DNA of 64,000 bases from a candidate division WOR-1 bacterium RIFOXYB2_FULL_46_45 (GTDB lineage Bacteria; Margulisbacteria; WOR-1; XYC2-FULL-46-14): NCBI GenBank assembly GCA_001771585.1, contig MEUE01000001.1, positions 92,744 through 156,743 on the forward strand, read 5' to 3'. Numbering within the stretch: the first letter of the stretch is position 1; each line of letters begins with the position of its first letter. Below are positions 1 through 11,462 of the stretch, piece by piece. Made by a program: the position numbers and the translations under genes. The notes under the pieces are model-generated. The model was not told the DNA's origin. It was given only the letters and a program-made list of their open reading frames with translations, and searched no databases.

Positions 1-730
1 AGATCTCCTTTAACATGAAAGGAATCTTTTTGGCGGCGGCGCGGGAGACCATCTTTAAGACCAGCGGATCCTCCGGATTATAAATCACAAAATCGGTCTT
101 CCCCTGGTTCAAAAAGATCCTTGCCTTAGCTTCCGCGTAGGCTTCCATATTTTTATGCCGCTCGATATGGTCGGGCGTCAAGTTTAAAAATAAACTGATC
201 CATGGGCGGAAAGAATATATCCCTTCCAGTTGGTAACTGCTGATCTCAACCACGACATAATCCAAATTACGGTCGTTTACCAAGATAAGGGGATGTCCGA
301 TATTTCCCGCCAGCGCCGCCCGCTTACCTCCGGCCTTTAGAAATTCATGGATTAAAGTGGCGGTGGTCGTTTTGCCGTTGGTTCCGGTAATCGCGATAAT
401 CGGTTTACGCAAAAAGCGGCAGGCCAGCTCCACTTCGGAGATGACCAATTGCCCCCTTCTTTTCGCCTCGTCCAATACCGAAATATCCAGATGTATCCCG
501 GGACTGACCACAATCAGTTCCGCTCCGGAGATTGAGTTTAAAGTGTGTCCTCCAAATTCAAAAATTGCCCCTCTGCTCTTTAAGCCGTCAATGAGGGCCT
601 CGTCGCACTCTTCCCGTTTTCTTTTTTCGGAAATTGTGACTCGCGCGCCAAGTTCCAGTAATTTTTCGGCGGCGGCAATCCCCGATTTTCCCAAACCGAA
701 AACCGTTACTTTTTTATCCCTATAATGCAA
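1..730 (-). CDS. murD: UDP-N-acetylmuramoylalanine--D-glutamate ligase MurD, partial; C-terminus lies beyond window start
   Basis: Minus-strand translation gives KVTVFGLGKSGIAAAEKLLELGA...ITGTNGKTTT, a Mur ligase N-terminus with a P-loop. It has no ATG start (candidate TTG at 728-730), which explains its absence from the ATG-only ORF track. It lies just downstream of mraY, as in the dcw cluster. Confidence 0.75.
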   Translation of the reverse strand, partial: MHYRDKKVTVFGLGKSGIAAAEKLLELGARVTISEKRKREECDEALIDGLKSRGAIFEFGGHTLNSISGAELIVVSPGIHLDISVLDEAKRRGQLVISEVELACRFLRKPIIAITGTNGKTTTATLIHEFLKAGGKRAALAGNIGHPLILVNDRNLDYVVVEISSYQLEGIYSFRPWISLFLNLTPDHIERHKNMEAYAEAKARIFLNQGKTDFVIYNPEDPLVLKMVSRAAAKKIPFMLKEI

Positions 731-1604
731 CGATCAGCACCCCCACAAGGCAAAAGATCAATTCAATTTCCCAAAAAAGAAAGACCACTCTTTTTTCGCT
801 CCACCCCAAAATTTCAAAATGATGGTGGAGCGGACTCATCTTAAAAACGCGCTTTTTGAAAAACTTAAAGCTCGCAACTTGAATTATAACAGAGAGCGCC
901 TCGATTATAAAGAGAGCCGAAATCGGGATTAAGAGCAGTTCATTGCCGGTTAAAATCGCCAGGCCGGCTAAAACCGCCCCGAGCGGTAACGATCCGACAT
1001 CCCCCATAAAAACCCGCGCCTTGGGAAAATTATAGGGGAGAAAACCAAGCAGCGCTCCGGCAACAATAAAAGCAAAGAGCGCTCCTTCCATAAAGCCCTG
1101 CATGGTTAAAATGTAGCCGAAAGCGGCAAAGCCGATAATCGCGGAACCGGACAACAAGCCGTCCAGTCCGTCTGTCAAATTCGCCGCGTTCGCTCCGCCG
1201 ACAATTATAAAGAGACAAAATAAAAAATAAAAAAGATTAAATGTTTCCGGCACAAAAAAAGAAAAAACGGAGGCAAAGATGATTTGTAAAATTATTTTCT
1301 GCCAAAAGGTCAGTCCTTCGTTTTTCTTTCTTAATATTTTCAAGAAATCGTCAAGAAAACCGATTGCCCCAAAGCCCAAAAAGAGGAGAAGCAGCGGATG
1401 AAATTGATCCGGCAGAAAAAGAAATCCGAGGAACGCGATAACCGCGACAAAGCCGAGCCCACCCATCGTCGGGGTCCCGGATTTTATCTTGTGGCTTTGC
1501 GGTCCCTCTTCCCGTTCGGTCTGCAGACTTTTGATTTTTTTAAGAAAAAAGACCAGCGGAGCGGTTAAAATCAGAGTGCAGAAAAAAGAATATAATGCTA
1601 ACAC
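720..1604 (-). CDS. mraY: Phospho-N-acetylmuramoyl-pentapeptide transferase MraY
   Basis: Polytopic membrane protein carrying the MGDVGSLPLGA and SPLHHHFE motifs that are characteristic of MraY. Confidence 0.9.
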   Translation of the reverse strand: MLALYSFFCTLILTAPLVFFLKKIKSLQTEREEGPQSHKIKSGTPTMGGLGFVAVIAFLGFLFLPDQFHPLLLLFLGFGAIGFLDDFLKILRKKNEGLTFWQKIILQIIFASVFSFFVPETFNLFYFLFCLFIIVGGANAANLTDGLDGLLSGSAIIGFAAFGYILTMQGFMEGALFAFIVAGALLGFLPYNFPKARVFMGDVGSLPLGAVLAGLAILTGNELLLIPISALFIIEALSVIIQVASFKFFKKRVFKMSPLHHHFEILGWSEKRVVFLFWEIELIFCLVGVLIVAL

Positions 1605-1690
1605 GAAGCTATTTTAGCACAAAAAAAAGGGTTAAGGGAGTGGAGGCCGGTATAGATACCGGACCAGCTTCCACCCCCAACACCCAAATT

Positions 1691-2119
1691 CTATTTCCGA
1701 ACCGTCATCCCGACTTCAGCCATCGCTCCCATCCTGGTATCGTAACCGACTTCGGCATAAACGTTATTCCTGATCTCTTTTCTTCCGAAGACCCGAATTC
1801 CCACTCCGGATTTGCTGACATTTCCCGGACCAAGGATATTCTGGACATCGGTTGAATAGGAGGAATAAGTCAGGCCGATCCCGGCCACAAGCAGGGGGAA
1901 TGGTTTAAAAATTGAGGCGCCGACCGAAATGAGCCCGTATTCGCTGTTGTAGCCGTAGCCAAGGTCAATTGAACCCGAAAGATCGGCTCTCAAGGCCTTA
2001 ACCGCTTCTACATCAATTCTCGCGCTTCCGCCGGCCAATCCAACCTTCGCGTTGATTTCAGCCAGCGAAGCAGAGGCCAGAAGAAACACCGTCAGAATTG
2101 CAATTCCTAAATATCTCAT
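1691..2119 (-). CDS. Hypothetical secreted or outer-membrane protein with signal peptide
   Basis: N-terminal hydrophobic signal (MRYLGIAILTVFLLASASLA) followed by a Gly/Ser/Tyr-rich sequence predicted as beta-strand. No recognisable motif. Confidence 0.35.
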   Translation of the reverse strand: MRYLGIAILTVFLLASASLAEINAKVGLAGGSARIDVEAVKALRADLSGSIDLGYGYNSEYGLISVGASIFKPFPLLVAGIGLTYSSYSTDVQNILGPGNVSKSGVGIRVFGRKEIRNNVYAEVGYDTRMGAMAEVGMTVRK

Positions 2120-2128
2120 CCTTCACCT

Positions 2129-2632
2129 CTATAAATACAGGGTCAAACCGGTATAGGCTATATTCGGACCGGTCAAAAGGTTGACCAGCGTGGTGCTGGC
2201 TCCTCCGGTGCTGGTCTGGGACAAACCGATAACATTGACCAGCGCAAAACCGGCAAGATCAGGAGTTAACCTGATTTCCGCACCTACGGTTCCGTTTAAA
2301 CTAATGGTGGTGGTCCCAACCCCTGCCGCCGTTGCGGATAAAAGGGTCAAGTTTCCTCCCCAAATCGCATTGGCCGTTTTGGAAATAGCAAAAAGCTTGT
2401 TGTTGACCCTGGCCATCAAAGCAATGGTCGAAGAATTCGCCGCCGTTTGAGAATAGTTAACCCCCAAATCAACGGACATATCCTTACTCATTGCCAACCT
2501 TAAAGAGGGCATCCCAATTCCTCCCAATGCCCCGGTCGCAACATCAACGCTCACTGCGGTAATTCCGCCGGCCGCAAAGGATGCGCTTGATAAAATACAA
2601 ATCGCCGCCAATAATACTGCTATTCTTTTCAT
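2129..2632 (-). CDS. Hypothetical secreted or outer-membrane protein with signal peptide
   Basis: Signal peptide MKRIAVLLAAICILSSASFA followed by a Gly/Thr/Ala-rich body. It sits in tandem with 1691-2119 and may be a paralogous surface protein. Confidence 0.35.
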   Translation of the reverse strand: MKRIAVLLAAICILSSASFAAGGITAVSVDVATGALGGIGMPSLRLAMSKDMSVDLGVNYSQTAANSSTIALMARVNNKLFAISKTANAIWGGNLTLLSATAAGVGTTTISLNGTVGAEIRLTPDLAGFALVNVIGLSQTSTGGASTTLVNLLTGPNIAYTGLTLYL

Positions 2633-2635
2633 TTT

Positions 2636-3295
2636 TCACCTCCCTTTAATTAGATTAGAAACAAAATCAGCCATAATGTCTTTACAGCCGAGCCCGAAGG
2701 CGATCGCGATCGCCAAGCCAAGCGCACCGATTATAACCCCAATCGACGGAACAATCAAGCTTGGTCCGATTCCCAGCTGTTCCAAAGCCAAAAGGAACGA
2801 AAAGATAATAACCGCGTATTGCATCAGGCGGGCAATCGTCTTTGCCCCGGCAACCCCCATCGCCGCCGCCACTACAAAAACAACCCCGCTCACAAACTGG
2901 GAGAGAAAAACTCCCAGCCCAAGAATCACCGCGGATAAAAAGACGATTCCGATAAAACCGACTACCCGGTCAAGAAGCGGATCAATCGGAAGATGCAAAA
3001 AGCTGGTCAAAGCGACCACCAGAATAAAAACCGCCAGCCAGTAGAAGAAATCGCCAATCAATTCGGATGGAAGGCGCCTTATCTCCGCCCGTTCCAAAAT
3101 ATCGGTAAAGTGGATCTTTTTAAGAAATTGGTCAAACGGAAAGCTTTTGAAGGTCTCTTCAATAATATGCTGGATCGCGCGGGCCACAACTCCTCCAAGA
3201 ATCAAAACAAACAGGGCGGCAAGAATATTTAATATGTAGGGGTAGATTTTAACGGCGGCAAGGAGGAACGAATTCAACAGATTGTCCAAAACCAT
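2636..3295 (-). CDS. Integral membrane protein, possibly mechanosensitive-channel or CmpX-like
   Basis: Multiple hydrophobic helices with no catalytic motif. The family assignment is tentative. Confidence 0.35.
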   Translation of the reverse strand: MVLDNLLNSFLLAAVKIYPYILNILAALFVLILGGVVARAIQHIIEETFKSFPFDQFLKKIHFTDILERAEIRRLPSELIGDFFYWLAVFILVVALTSFLHLPIDPLLDRVVGFIGIVFLSAVILGLGVFLSQFVSGVVFVVAAAMGVAGAKTIARLMQYAVIIFSFLLALEQLGIGPSLIVPSIGVIIGALGLAIAIAFGLGCKDIMADFVSNLIKGR

Positions 3296-3307
3296 AACTG
3301 CTCCTTT

Positions 3308-3523
3308 CTAGTTAATTCCTAAAATCAAAGAAACCAGCAAGAAAACCACGGCACAAGTGGTGGTGATTTTATCAAGCCCCTCTTCCAATCCTTTTGGAGT
3401 TCCGAACAACTTCGCGGCTCCACCGATCCCCCCCAACCCTTCCCCTTTCGCCGTGTGGAGGATAACCGTGATCACCAGGCAGATGGCAGACATAACTTGA
3501 ATAAAAATTAATAGTGCTTTCAT
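3308..3523 (-). CDS. secG: Preprotein translocase subunit SecG
   Basis: 71-aa protein with two TM segments flanking a TAKGEGLGGIGG glycine-rich loop, which is typical of SecG. Confidence 0.7.
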   Translation of the reverse strand: MKALLIFIQVMSAICLVITVILHTAKGEGLGGIGGAAKLFGTPKGLEEGLDKITTTCAVVFLLVSLILGIN

Positions 3524-3568
3524 GTTATTGTAATATTATCATCATGGAATCTTTTGTCAACACAAAAA

Positions 3569-3641
3569 TGGAGCCGAGCGGGATCGAACCGCTGGCCTCC
3601 TCGTTGCGAACGAGGCGCTCTCCCAGCTGAGCTACGGCCCC
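3569..3641 (-). tRNA. tRNA-Ala (anticodon CGC)
   Basis: Reverse complement reads GGGGCCGTAGCTCAGCTGGGAGAGCGCCTCGTTCGCAACGAGGAGGCCAGCGGTTCGATCCCGCTCGGCTCCA. It forms a cloverleaf with a G3:U70-type acceptor, a TTCGATCC T-arm and anticodon loop TTCGCAA. No CCA is encoded. Confidence 0.8.
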
Positions 3642-3647
3642 AGAGTT

Positions 3648-4847
3648 CTAGTCCTTGTCCTGCAAACAAGCGATTCCCGGAAGGACCTTCCCTTCCATAA
3701 ATTCGAGCGACGCTCCGCCGCCGGTTGAAATGTGCGACATCTTGTCGGTCAAGCCGGCCTTCTTGATCGCGGAGGCCGAATCGCCGCCGCCAATGATCGA
3801 GACCGCTCCTTTGGCGGTTGCTTCGGCAACAATTTTGGCAATCTCAATTGTCCCGGCCGCGAATTTATCCATCTCAAAAACACCCATCGGACCGTTCCAA
3901 ACGATCGTCTTCGCGTCCCTGATGGCATTGCCAAACTTTGAAATCGTATCCGGCCCGATATCCATCCCCTGCCATCCCTCCGGAATAGTCGCCCGCGGAA
4001 CAATTTGCGTATCTGCATCTTCGGCAAACTTGTCGGCGACAACGTGGTCGATCGGCAAAAGAAAAGGGACCTCGGAATCAATCGCCTCTTTTAAAATCTC
4101 TTTTGCTTCGGGGATCAAATCCGGTTCAACAATTGAATTGCCGACATCGATCCCGCGGGCCTTGAAAAAAGTATAGGCCATCCCGCCGCCGACGATCAAA
4201 GTATCCACTTTGGCCAAAAGATTTTTTAAGACCTGAAGTTTTCCGGAGATCTTGGCTCCGCCAATAATGGCGACAAACGGCCGCTTCGGATCGTCAAGAG
4301 CTTCCCCTAAAAACTTAAGCTCCTTTTCGATCAAAAAGCCGGCATAGGCCGGCAGATCGTGTGCGATCCCTTCGGTTGAAGCGTGCGCCCGATGAACCGT
4401 TCCGAAAGCGTCCGAAACAAAAAGATCGGCCAAGGAAGCCAGTTCTTTAGCGAATTGCGGATCGTTCTTCTCCTCTTCTTTGTGGAAGCGGAGGTTTTCA
4501 AGTAAAATGACATCCCCGTTTTTCATGTTGGAAACCGCTTTTTGGACTTCGGGACCGATACAATCGGAGGTCATCAAAACCGGTTTACCCAGAAGTTCGG
4601 CCAGCTTTTTTTGTACCGGAGCAAGAGAAAATTCTTTTTTAACTTCTCCCTTTGGCCGTCCAAGATGGGAAGCCAGGATAACTTTTGCTCCTTTGTCAAT
4701 TAAATATTTAATGGTCGGAAGAGAAGCTTTGATCCTTTTGTCTGAAGTGATATTCTGCTTTTCGTCCAAAGGGACATTAAAGTCACAACGGACAAAAACG
4801 CGCTTCCCGGAAAGCTCCGGAATATCCTTCACCGTTTTCTTGGCCAT
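3648..4847 (-). CDS. pgk: Phosphoglycerate kinase
   Basis: 399 aa starting MAKKTVKDI...RCDFNVPLD, full-length Pgk. Confidence 0.95.
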   Translation of the reverse strand: MAKKTVKDIPELSGKRVFVRCDFNVPLDEKQNITSDKRIKASLPTIKYLIDKGAKVILASHLGRPKGEVKKEFSLAPVQKKLAELLGKPVLMTSDCIGPEVQKAVSNMKNGDVILLENLRFHKEEEKNDPQFAKELASLADLFVSDAFGTVHRAHASTEGIAHDLPAYAGFLIEKELKFLGEALDDPKRPFVAIIGGAKISGKLQVLKNLLAKVDTLIVGGGMAYTFFKARGIDVGNSIVEPDLIPEAKEILKEAIDSEVPFLLPIDHVVADKFAEDADTQIVPRATIPEGWQGMDIGPDTISKFGNAIRDAKTIVWNGPMGVFEMDKFAAGTIEIAKIVAEATAKGAVSIIGGGDSASAIKKAGLTDKMSHISTGGGASLEFMEGKVLPGIACLQDKD

Positions 4848-4857
4848 CTTTTTCTCC

Positions 4858-5904
<1,047 letters not shown>

Positions 5905-5978
5905 TTAAAATTCCTCCTTTTCTTTTGGTTTCATTATAGAACATTTTAGAAATGCCCGCAACCTGCTATAATTCGCGC

Positions 5979-7055
5979 ATGGAGCAAACTCCGTGGAAAC
6001 CGATTCTAGTCGGCACGATCGCGTCGCTCATCCTCCTCTTTTCGGTCTACTTCTTTGCCCTGCCCAAGCAGGAACTTGGCCGCCCATCGGAGAAAATCCT
6101 CGAGTTTAGCGGCTCAACCATCGTCGGGCACGATAAAGGGAAAAAGGTTTGGGAGTTTTCATCCAAGGGTGGCTGGGTCGGGAAAGAGCAAAACATCACC
6201 AACCTGGAAGAGGTGGTGAAGGGCAGTTTCTACAAAGACAACAAACTGCAGATAAAAAATTTTACGGCGGCAAAGGTCTCCGCCTTCCGCGATTCTAAAA
6301 TAATTGAAGCGAAGAGCGCCAACGCCCTGATCGCGATCGGAAAGGAGCGTAAGTTTGTAAGGATTAAGGCCGACTCTTTAAGTTACAACCCTGATCGAAG
6401 CGAATCAATTCTTTCCGGAAACGTAAAGGTGTCGGACAAAAGCGAGACCCTCTTCTGCCAAAACCTGCACATTGACCATAAAGAAGGGATTTCCACGGCG
6501 CGGGACAATCTCCGCGCGGTGATTTACGGGAAACAAATATCAACGCTTAAGGCCGATTCGTTGGTAATGGACGCCGACGAAAAAGAGGAAGTAATCTTAA
6601 ACGGTTCGGTTGAAGCGGTGCAAGGCAAAAAACAGGCCGTTGCCGATTCGGCGGTTTACAACAAAAACGGAAAAGATATCCGGTTAAAAGGAAAAGTCAA
6701 AGCGGTTATATCAAAAGCCGGAGCACTGATCAAAGAAGAGACCGCCCAAAAACTGCGGGACAATGAAACCAAAGAAATCTTAAAGGAGAAGACCCTTCAA
6801 ACCTCCGATTCACTCATCCTTTCAACCTTAAACGGGGATTATCGGGCGGAAGGGAATGTGATAGTTGAGCAGAAAAACCGGATAGCCAAGTCCGACACGG
6901 CCGAGTATTCGGACAAAGACGAAATCATCACCTTGACCGGCAACGTTTATATCAAGCAGAAAGAGCGCTGGGTCAAATGCCGGAAGGTACTCGTTTCGGT
7001 CAAAGACCAAACCTTTGAGGCTTTTGGATCGGTCGAGGCGGAATTCAAATTATAA
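5979..7055 (+). CDS. LptC/LptA-like periplasmic protein with OstA-like beta-jellyroll repeats
   Basis: N-terminal TM anchor, then repeated G-N-V...D...L segments typical of the OstA/LptA/LptC fold. Start chosen at MEQTPW (5979) rather than the upstream ATG at 5952. Confidence 0.45.
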   Translation: MEQTPWKPILVGTIASLILLFSVYFFALPKQELGRPSEKILEFSGSTIVGHDKGKKVWEFSSKGGWVGKEQNITNLEEVVKGSFYKDNKLQIKNFTAAKVSAFRDSKIIEAKSANALIAIGKERKFVRIKADSLSYNPDRSESILSGNVKVSDKSETLFCQNLHIDHKEGISTARDNLRAVIYGKQISTLKADSLVMDADEKEEVILNGSVEAVQGKKQAVADSAVYNKNGKDIRLKGKVKAVISKAGALIKEETAQKLRDNETKEILKEKTLQTSDSLILSTLNGDYRAEGNVIVEQKNRIAKSDTAEYSDKDEIITLTGNVYIKQKERWVKCRKVLVSVKDQTFEAFGSVEAEFKL

Positions 7056-7271
7056 TCTTTTTATCATCGCGGCAACCTTTTCTTTCGCTTCTTTGGTCTT
7101 TCTGCTGTTTAAGGAAATTTTGAAGGTTACAAGATCGCTTTCGGCGGCGGAATCGGGAAGATAACAAGTCGGAATTTCTAAAGTCACATCCTCATCATCG
7201 CCCAAATAAACCACCGCGATGCCGTCTTCTATCCTATCAATTAAACCTTTTATCTTTGTAACTTTACTCAT
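7050..7271 (-). CDS. Small hypothetical protein (DUF3006-like)
   Basis: 73-aa ORF that overlaps its neighbours by a few nt. No motif found. Confidence 0.3.
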   Translation of the reverse strand: MSKVTKIKGLIDRIEDGIAVVYLGDDEDVTLEIPTCYLPDSAAESDLVTFKISLNSRKTKEAKEKVAAMIKRL

Positions 7272-7272
7272 A

Positions 7273-8502
7273 TCAAAACACCAATTTTTGCCTGCGCATC
7301 GCGATACTCTGTATTATACCAATTGCCGCCAGGTTGACAACCAGAGAGGTGCCGCCAAAAGAGACAAAAGGGAGCGGGATACCCACCACCGGCAAGACCC
7401 CCAGGTTCATTCCGACCGAAACGATAAAATGAAAGAGGAACATCACTCCGATCCCGGCCGCCAGCATCGAACCCCAATAATCATAGGCGCTCTCCGCGAT
7501 CTTAAAAATCCTCCATATTAGAGTGGCAAATAGAGAAACAACTAATGTCGATCCCCAAAACCCGAGCTCCTCCCCGATCGCCGAAAAGATAAAATCGGAA
7601 TTCTGGATCGGGACAAATTGCAATTGGGTTTGCGTCCCGTGCATGAACCCCTTCCCAAAAAAGCCCCCCGAACCGATCGCAATTTTTGACTGCAGGGTAT
7701 GATAGCCGATCCCGTGCGGATCGATCCCCGGATTTAAGAAAGACAAGACCCGCATCTGCTGGTACGGTTTAAAAAGTCCCCATAAGATCGGAAGGGCGAT
7801 CCCCACCCCGATATTTATAGTCATGATCAAGAACAGATCAAATAATTTTACCCTCGAAAAATAAAGTGCCCCCCACAAAACCAGGATATAGGCGATCCAC
7901 AAGTAAAGATTCTGGCGGAAATAAATTGAAGCCAGAGGGGAAAAGATCATCGTTAAAAGTACCGGAGAAGATTTTCCCCAGATCAGCATCCCGACCGCGA
8001 TCGCTATCATCACCAAGCCGGTCCCCAGGTCCGGCTGTCTAAAGATCAAAAGGAACGGGATCGCGACCACCAAAAGCGTCTCCCAAATATTGGTCTTTTC
8101 TCCCCGCGAATTAAAAAACGCGGCCAAAGAGACGATTAAAAGCAATTTGGAAATCTCCGACGGCTGGAACGAAAGCGGCCCGAGCATGATCCAGCGCTGA
8201 GCCCCTGATGCGGCTCTGCCGCCAAACAGCACCAAAACTAAAATCATAAGCATAAAAAGATAAAAAAGAGGGGCGAATTTTTTTAAATTGCCGTAATCGA
8301 TAAAAGCAAAAAAAGACATCAAGGCCAGTCCCAAAAAAAGCGATCCAAACTGGCGCTTGGCAAAAGAGAACGGGTCCCGTTCTGCCTTGAGTTCGGCATT
8401 GTAGGTTGTGGAGATGATCATAAAAATACCGATAAAAACCAAAAGTGCCGTAATTATCCAGATCATCGGATCGGAGATATGGAGCATCCGGGGATTGATC
8501 AT
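7273..8502 (-). CDS. SEDS-family peptidoglycan glycosyltransferase (FtsW/RodA)
   Basis: 409-aa polytopic membrane protein with a conserved SEDS C-terminal region (GIIQSIAM...). FtsW versus RodA cannot be decided from sequence. Confidence 0.8.
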   Translation of the reverse strand: MINPRMLHISDPMIWIITALLVFIGIFMIISTTYNAELKAERDPFSFAKRQFGSLFLGLALMSFFAFIDYGNLKKFAPLFYLFMLMILVLVLFGGRAASGAQRWIMLGPLSFQPSEISKLLLIVSLAAFFNSRGEKTNIWETLLVVAIPFLLIFRQPDLGTGLVMIAIAVGMLIWGKSSPVLLTMIFSPLASIYFRQNLYLWIAYILVLWGALYFSRVKLFDLFLIMTINIGVGIALPILWGLFKPYQQMRVLSFLNPGIDPHGIGYHTLQSKIAIGSGGFFGKGFMHGTQTQLQFVPIQNSDFIFSAIGEELGFWGSTLVVSLFATLIWRIFKIAESAYDYWGSMLAAGIGVMFLFHFIVSVGMNLGVLPVVGIPLPFVSFGGTSLVVNLAAIGIIQSIAMRRQKLVF

Positions 8503-9914
8503 TTTAGCTTCTCAAGAGCGGAAAGGAGCGCTTTGGCTTTATTGCAGGTCTCTTCGTACTCCGCTTCGGGATTAGAATCGGCGACAATCCCGCCTCCCGC
8601 CTGCACATAGGCCTTTTTATCCTTTAATAATATGGTACGGATGGTTATGGCGGAATCAAGTTCCCCATTAAAGCCGAAATAGCAGACCGAACCGGCATAA
8701 GGGCCGCGGCGGGTATTTTCCAGTTCATCGATGATCTCCATGGCGCGGACTTTGGGGGCGCCGGAGACGGTCCCGGCCGGAAAGGCCGCCTTGATCAAAT
8801 CAAAGCAATCCCGGTCTTTTCTGATCTTCCCTCTCACATTTGAAACAATGTGCATGACATGGGAATATTTTTCAACCGTCATCTTCTCGTTCACTTCAAC
8901 CGATCCGAATTCGCAAACGCGGCCCAGGTCGTTGCGGGCCAGGTCAACCAGCATCACATGCTCGGCTATTTCTTTCTCGGAGGCCAGAAGCTCCTTCTCC
9001 AGCTCCTGATCTTCCGATTTACTGATCCCCCTTTTCCGGGTCCCGGCAATCGGGCGGATGGTGCATTCCCCCTCTTCCAGCCGAACCATCACCTCCGGTG
9101 AAGAGCCGACCAGTTCCAGATCATCCATTTTTAAATAATACATGTATGGAGAAGGATTAATGCCGCGCAGAACCGAATAGGCCTCCAAACCGCTCTTTGA
9201 AAAAGGGGCGGAAAAGCGCTGGGATGGAACCACCTGGATAATGTCCCCCGCAAGGATATATTCTTTGGCTTTTTCGACCAATGCGGAATAGGTCTCTTTC
9301 GAAAAATTGGATTGATACGCAAAGCTCCCTTCTTTTTCTTTTAATACCGGGAGCTTGGCTTTCTTTTTTAGTTTTTTCTCGATTTCCAAAATTTGCCGGA
9401 CCGCCCAGTCGTATGCCTCTTCCGGATCATCTTCGATATAGGCGTTAGAAATTATGATAATCTTTTTTTCCAGATGATCAAAGGCCAAAAGCGACTCGGC
9501 CAGCATAAAAACCATATCCGGAACATTCAGTTCGTCCGGGTTTTTACATGGAACGCGAGGCTCGATAAAACGGATTGAATCATAGCCGATATAGCCGACC
9601 ATCCCGCCGTGGAAACGGGGAAGTCCCGGAATTTTTACCGCCTTATACTGCCGTAAGAATCTTTTTAGTTCGTCAAACGGGTTTTCGGAATCTGCACCAG
9701 ACTTGAAGACAAACTTCGGATCGGAGCCGACAAAAGAATAGCGGGCGATTTTTTCGCCCCCCTCGATTGATTCCAAAAGAAACGAATAATCGCTTTCGAT
9801 TTTTTTGAAGGCGGAAAGCGGGCTCTCGGCTCCGCGGTCTATTTTTTTATGGACCGGAACCAGGTTCCCTTTTTTCGATAACGCTACAAATTCTTCTTTG
9901 GTTGGCGTGAACAC
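8499..9914 (-). CDS. trpE: Anthranilate synthase component I (chorismate-binding enzyme)
   Basis: LLESIEGG Trp-site motif in the N-terminus and PAGTVSGAPKVRAMEII in the catalytic region favour TrpE over PabB. No trpG/D/C genes are adjacent. Confidence 0.75.
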   Translation of the reverse strand: MFTPTKEEFVALSKKGNLVPVHKKIDRGAESPLSAFKKIESDYSFLLESIEGGEKIARYSFVGSDPKFVFKSGADSENPFDELKRFLRQYKAVKIPGLPRFHGGMVGYIGYDSIRFIEPRVPCKNPDELNVPDMVFMLAESLLAFDHLEKKIIIISNAYIEDDPEEAYDWAVRQILEIEKKLKKKAKLPVLKEKEGSFAYQSNFSKETYSALVEKAKEYILAGDIIQVVPSQRFSAPFSKSGLEAYSVLRGINPSPYMYYLKMDDLELVGSSPEVMVRLEEGECTIRPIAGTRKRGISKSEDQELEKELLASEKEIAEHVMLVDLARNDLGRVCEFGSVEVNEKMTVEKYSHVMHIVSNVRGKIRKDRDCFDLIKAAFPAGTVSGAPKVRAMEIIDELENTRRGPYAGSVCYFGFNGELDSAITIRTILLKDKKAYVQAGGGIVADSNPEAEYEETCNKAKALLSALEKLK

Positions 9915-10546
9915 AAAATCGCCTCCGCAATTAAAATATCTTCCGGTGTCGTGACCTTAATATTTTCGTATGATCCCATTATCATTCTAACAGGTATTCC
10001 CAAATCCTCAACCAGTTTCGAATCGTCGGTGGCGGCCGAAACGGCATTTCTATAGGCATCAACCAGGATTGAATATTTAAACGCCTGCGGTGTCTGCGCG
10101 GACCATAATTCACTCCTATCAAGCGTCTTCTTTATCTTGTTGGGACAGCACAGTGTGCTGTCATTACCAATTTGCTTTATAGTATCTTTCACCGGCACGC
10201 CAACAACAACGGCATCATGCTTTCTGCATTCCTCAATCGCGTTTTTGATGATCTCCGGTGTAATAAGCGGCCTTGCTCCGTCGTGGACCAAAACGATATC
10301 GCAATCTTTGGGAACCAAAGCCAATCCGTTCCGGATCGAATCGGTCCGCTCCGGTCCCGGATCACTTACCAGCGGCGACAATCCCGCTCCCGGACCGACA
10401 ATCACAATTCCATTAATTTCCGGAACCTGCTTGAACGCTTCAACTGTCCATTGCAGCATCGGCTTCCCCAGCAAGGGCAACAGCTGTTTCGGCTGTCCCA
10501 TCCGTTTTCCCGATCCGCCCGCGGCTATAATTACGTAAACCTTCAT
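9884..10546 (-). CDS. ispD: 2-C-methyl-D-erythritol 4-phosphate cytidylyltransferase
   Basis: IAAGGSGKRMG nucleotide-binding motif and the general IspD architecture. Confidence 0.85.
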   Translation of the reverse strand: MKVYVIIAAGGSGKRMGQPKQLLPLLGKPMLQWTVEAFKQVPEINGIVIVGPGAGLSPLVSDPGPERTDSIRNGLALVPKDCDIVLVHDGARPLITPEIIKNAIEECRKHDAVVVGVPVKDTIKQIGNDSTLCCPNKIKKTLDRSELWSAQTPQAFKYSILVDAYRNAVSAATDDSKLVEDLGIPVRMIMGSYENIKVTTPEDILIAEAILCSRQPKKNL

Positions 10547-11202
10547 AACGACAAAGTCCTTTTCACCTGCGTTAAAATTTTTGGTCCAATATGGGTAACG
10601 AGCACCATATCTTCAATTCTCATCCCGCCCCAATTTTTTATATAAATCCCCGGCTCGATCGTCACCACATCCCCGTCTTTCAAAACATGGCCGCTCTTTT
10701 TTGATATTCTCGGCGCCTCATGGGTCTTTGAACCGACTCCGTGGCCGCTCCCGTGTTTTAATTCATACCCCGCCCTCTTTATGACCCCCCTCACCGCTTT
10801 GTCGACTTCCGAACATTTCACACCATGCTTGGCTTTCTTTAATCCGGCCGCCTGCGCCCTTTTTAATATCTCATAAATCTTTTTCTGGCGCGCGGTCGGT
10901 TTCCCGACCACGTAAGTCCGGGTGATATCGGAGCGCCAGTTGCGGTAGAGCGCCCCAAAATCGAACATAATAATATCGCCGCATTTTATTTTCTTGTTGG
11001 TGGCAAAACCATGAATCAGCGCCGATCTTTTGCCGGAGGCGACAATAATGCGGAAGGATTCTTTGTGCGCCCCGTAACTTTTGAGCCGCCAGCGGATTTC
11101 ATCCGCTACTCTTTTTTCGGTTACCCCCGGCCGGACAAAAAACGGTAATTCCTCAAAGACCTTTTCAGCGATCAGGATGGCACGCAGAAAATTTTTGTTC
11201 AT
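10543..11202 (-). CDS. M24-family metallopeptidase catalytic domain only (Xaa-Pro or Met aminopeptidase-like)
   Basis: Pita-bread fold motifs (HGSGHGVG, metal ligands D/D/H/E/E), but at 219 aa it lacks the N-terminal domain. Confidence 0.55.
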   Translation of the reverse strand: MNKNFLRAILIAEKVFEELPFFVRPGVTEKRVADEIRWRLKSYGAHKESFRIIVASGKRSALIHGFATNKKIKCGDIIMFDFGALYRNWRSDITRTYVVGKPTARQKKIYEILKRAQAAGLKKAKHGVKCSEVDKAVRGVIKRAGYELKHGSGHGVGSKTHEAPRISKKSGHVLKDGDVVTIEPGIYIKNWGGMRIEDMVLVTHIGPKILTQVKRTLSL

Positions 11203-11207
11203 TGGCG

Positions 11208-11462
11208 CTAGCGATAAATATCCTTGCGATGGCCAATATCCAATATTTTAACCTGTTTATCATTATCCCTAATAGAATAAACGACTCGATAATCGCCTAT
11301 TCTAATGCGATAATATTCAGAACCATGAAGTTTTTTACAGCCGAACGGCCTAGGCTGATTTCCCAATCCCAAAATTCTGGCAACCAGACGATCTTGAAAC
11401 TTTGAGGGGTATTTTTTTAATTCTTTCTCTGCGGGACCAGTAATTTCAATCTGGTATTTCAT
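11208..11462 (-). CDS. RelE/ParE-family type II toxin
   Basis: 84 aa; KKL..HGSEYYRIRIGDYRVVYSIRD matches the RelE/StbE core. Its start overlaps the stop of the upstream small ORF by 4 nt. Confidence 0.65.
   Translation of the reverse strand: MKYQIEITGPAEKELKKYPSKFQDRLVARILGLGNQPRPFGCKKLHGSEYYRIRIGDYRVVYSIRDNDKQVKILDIGHRKDIYR

Noticed and set aside
357-725. 122-aa plus-strand ORF
   Set aside because: Lies entirely antisense to the murD coding region and has no recognisable motif. It is an ORF-track artefact.
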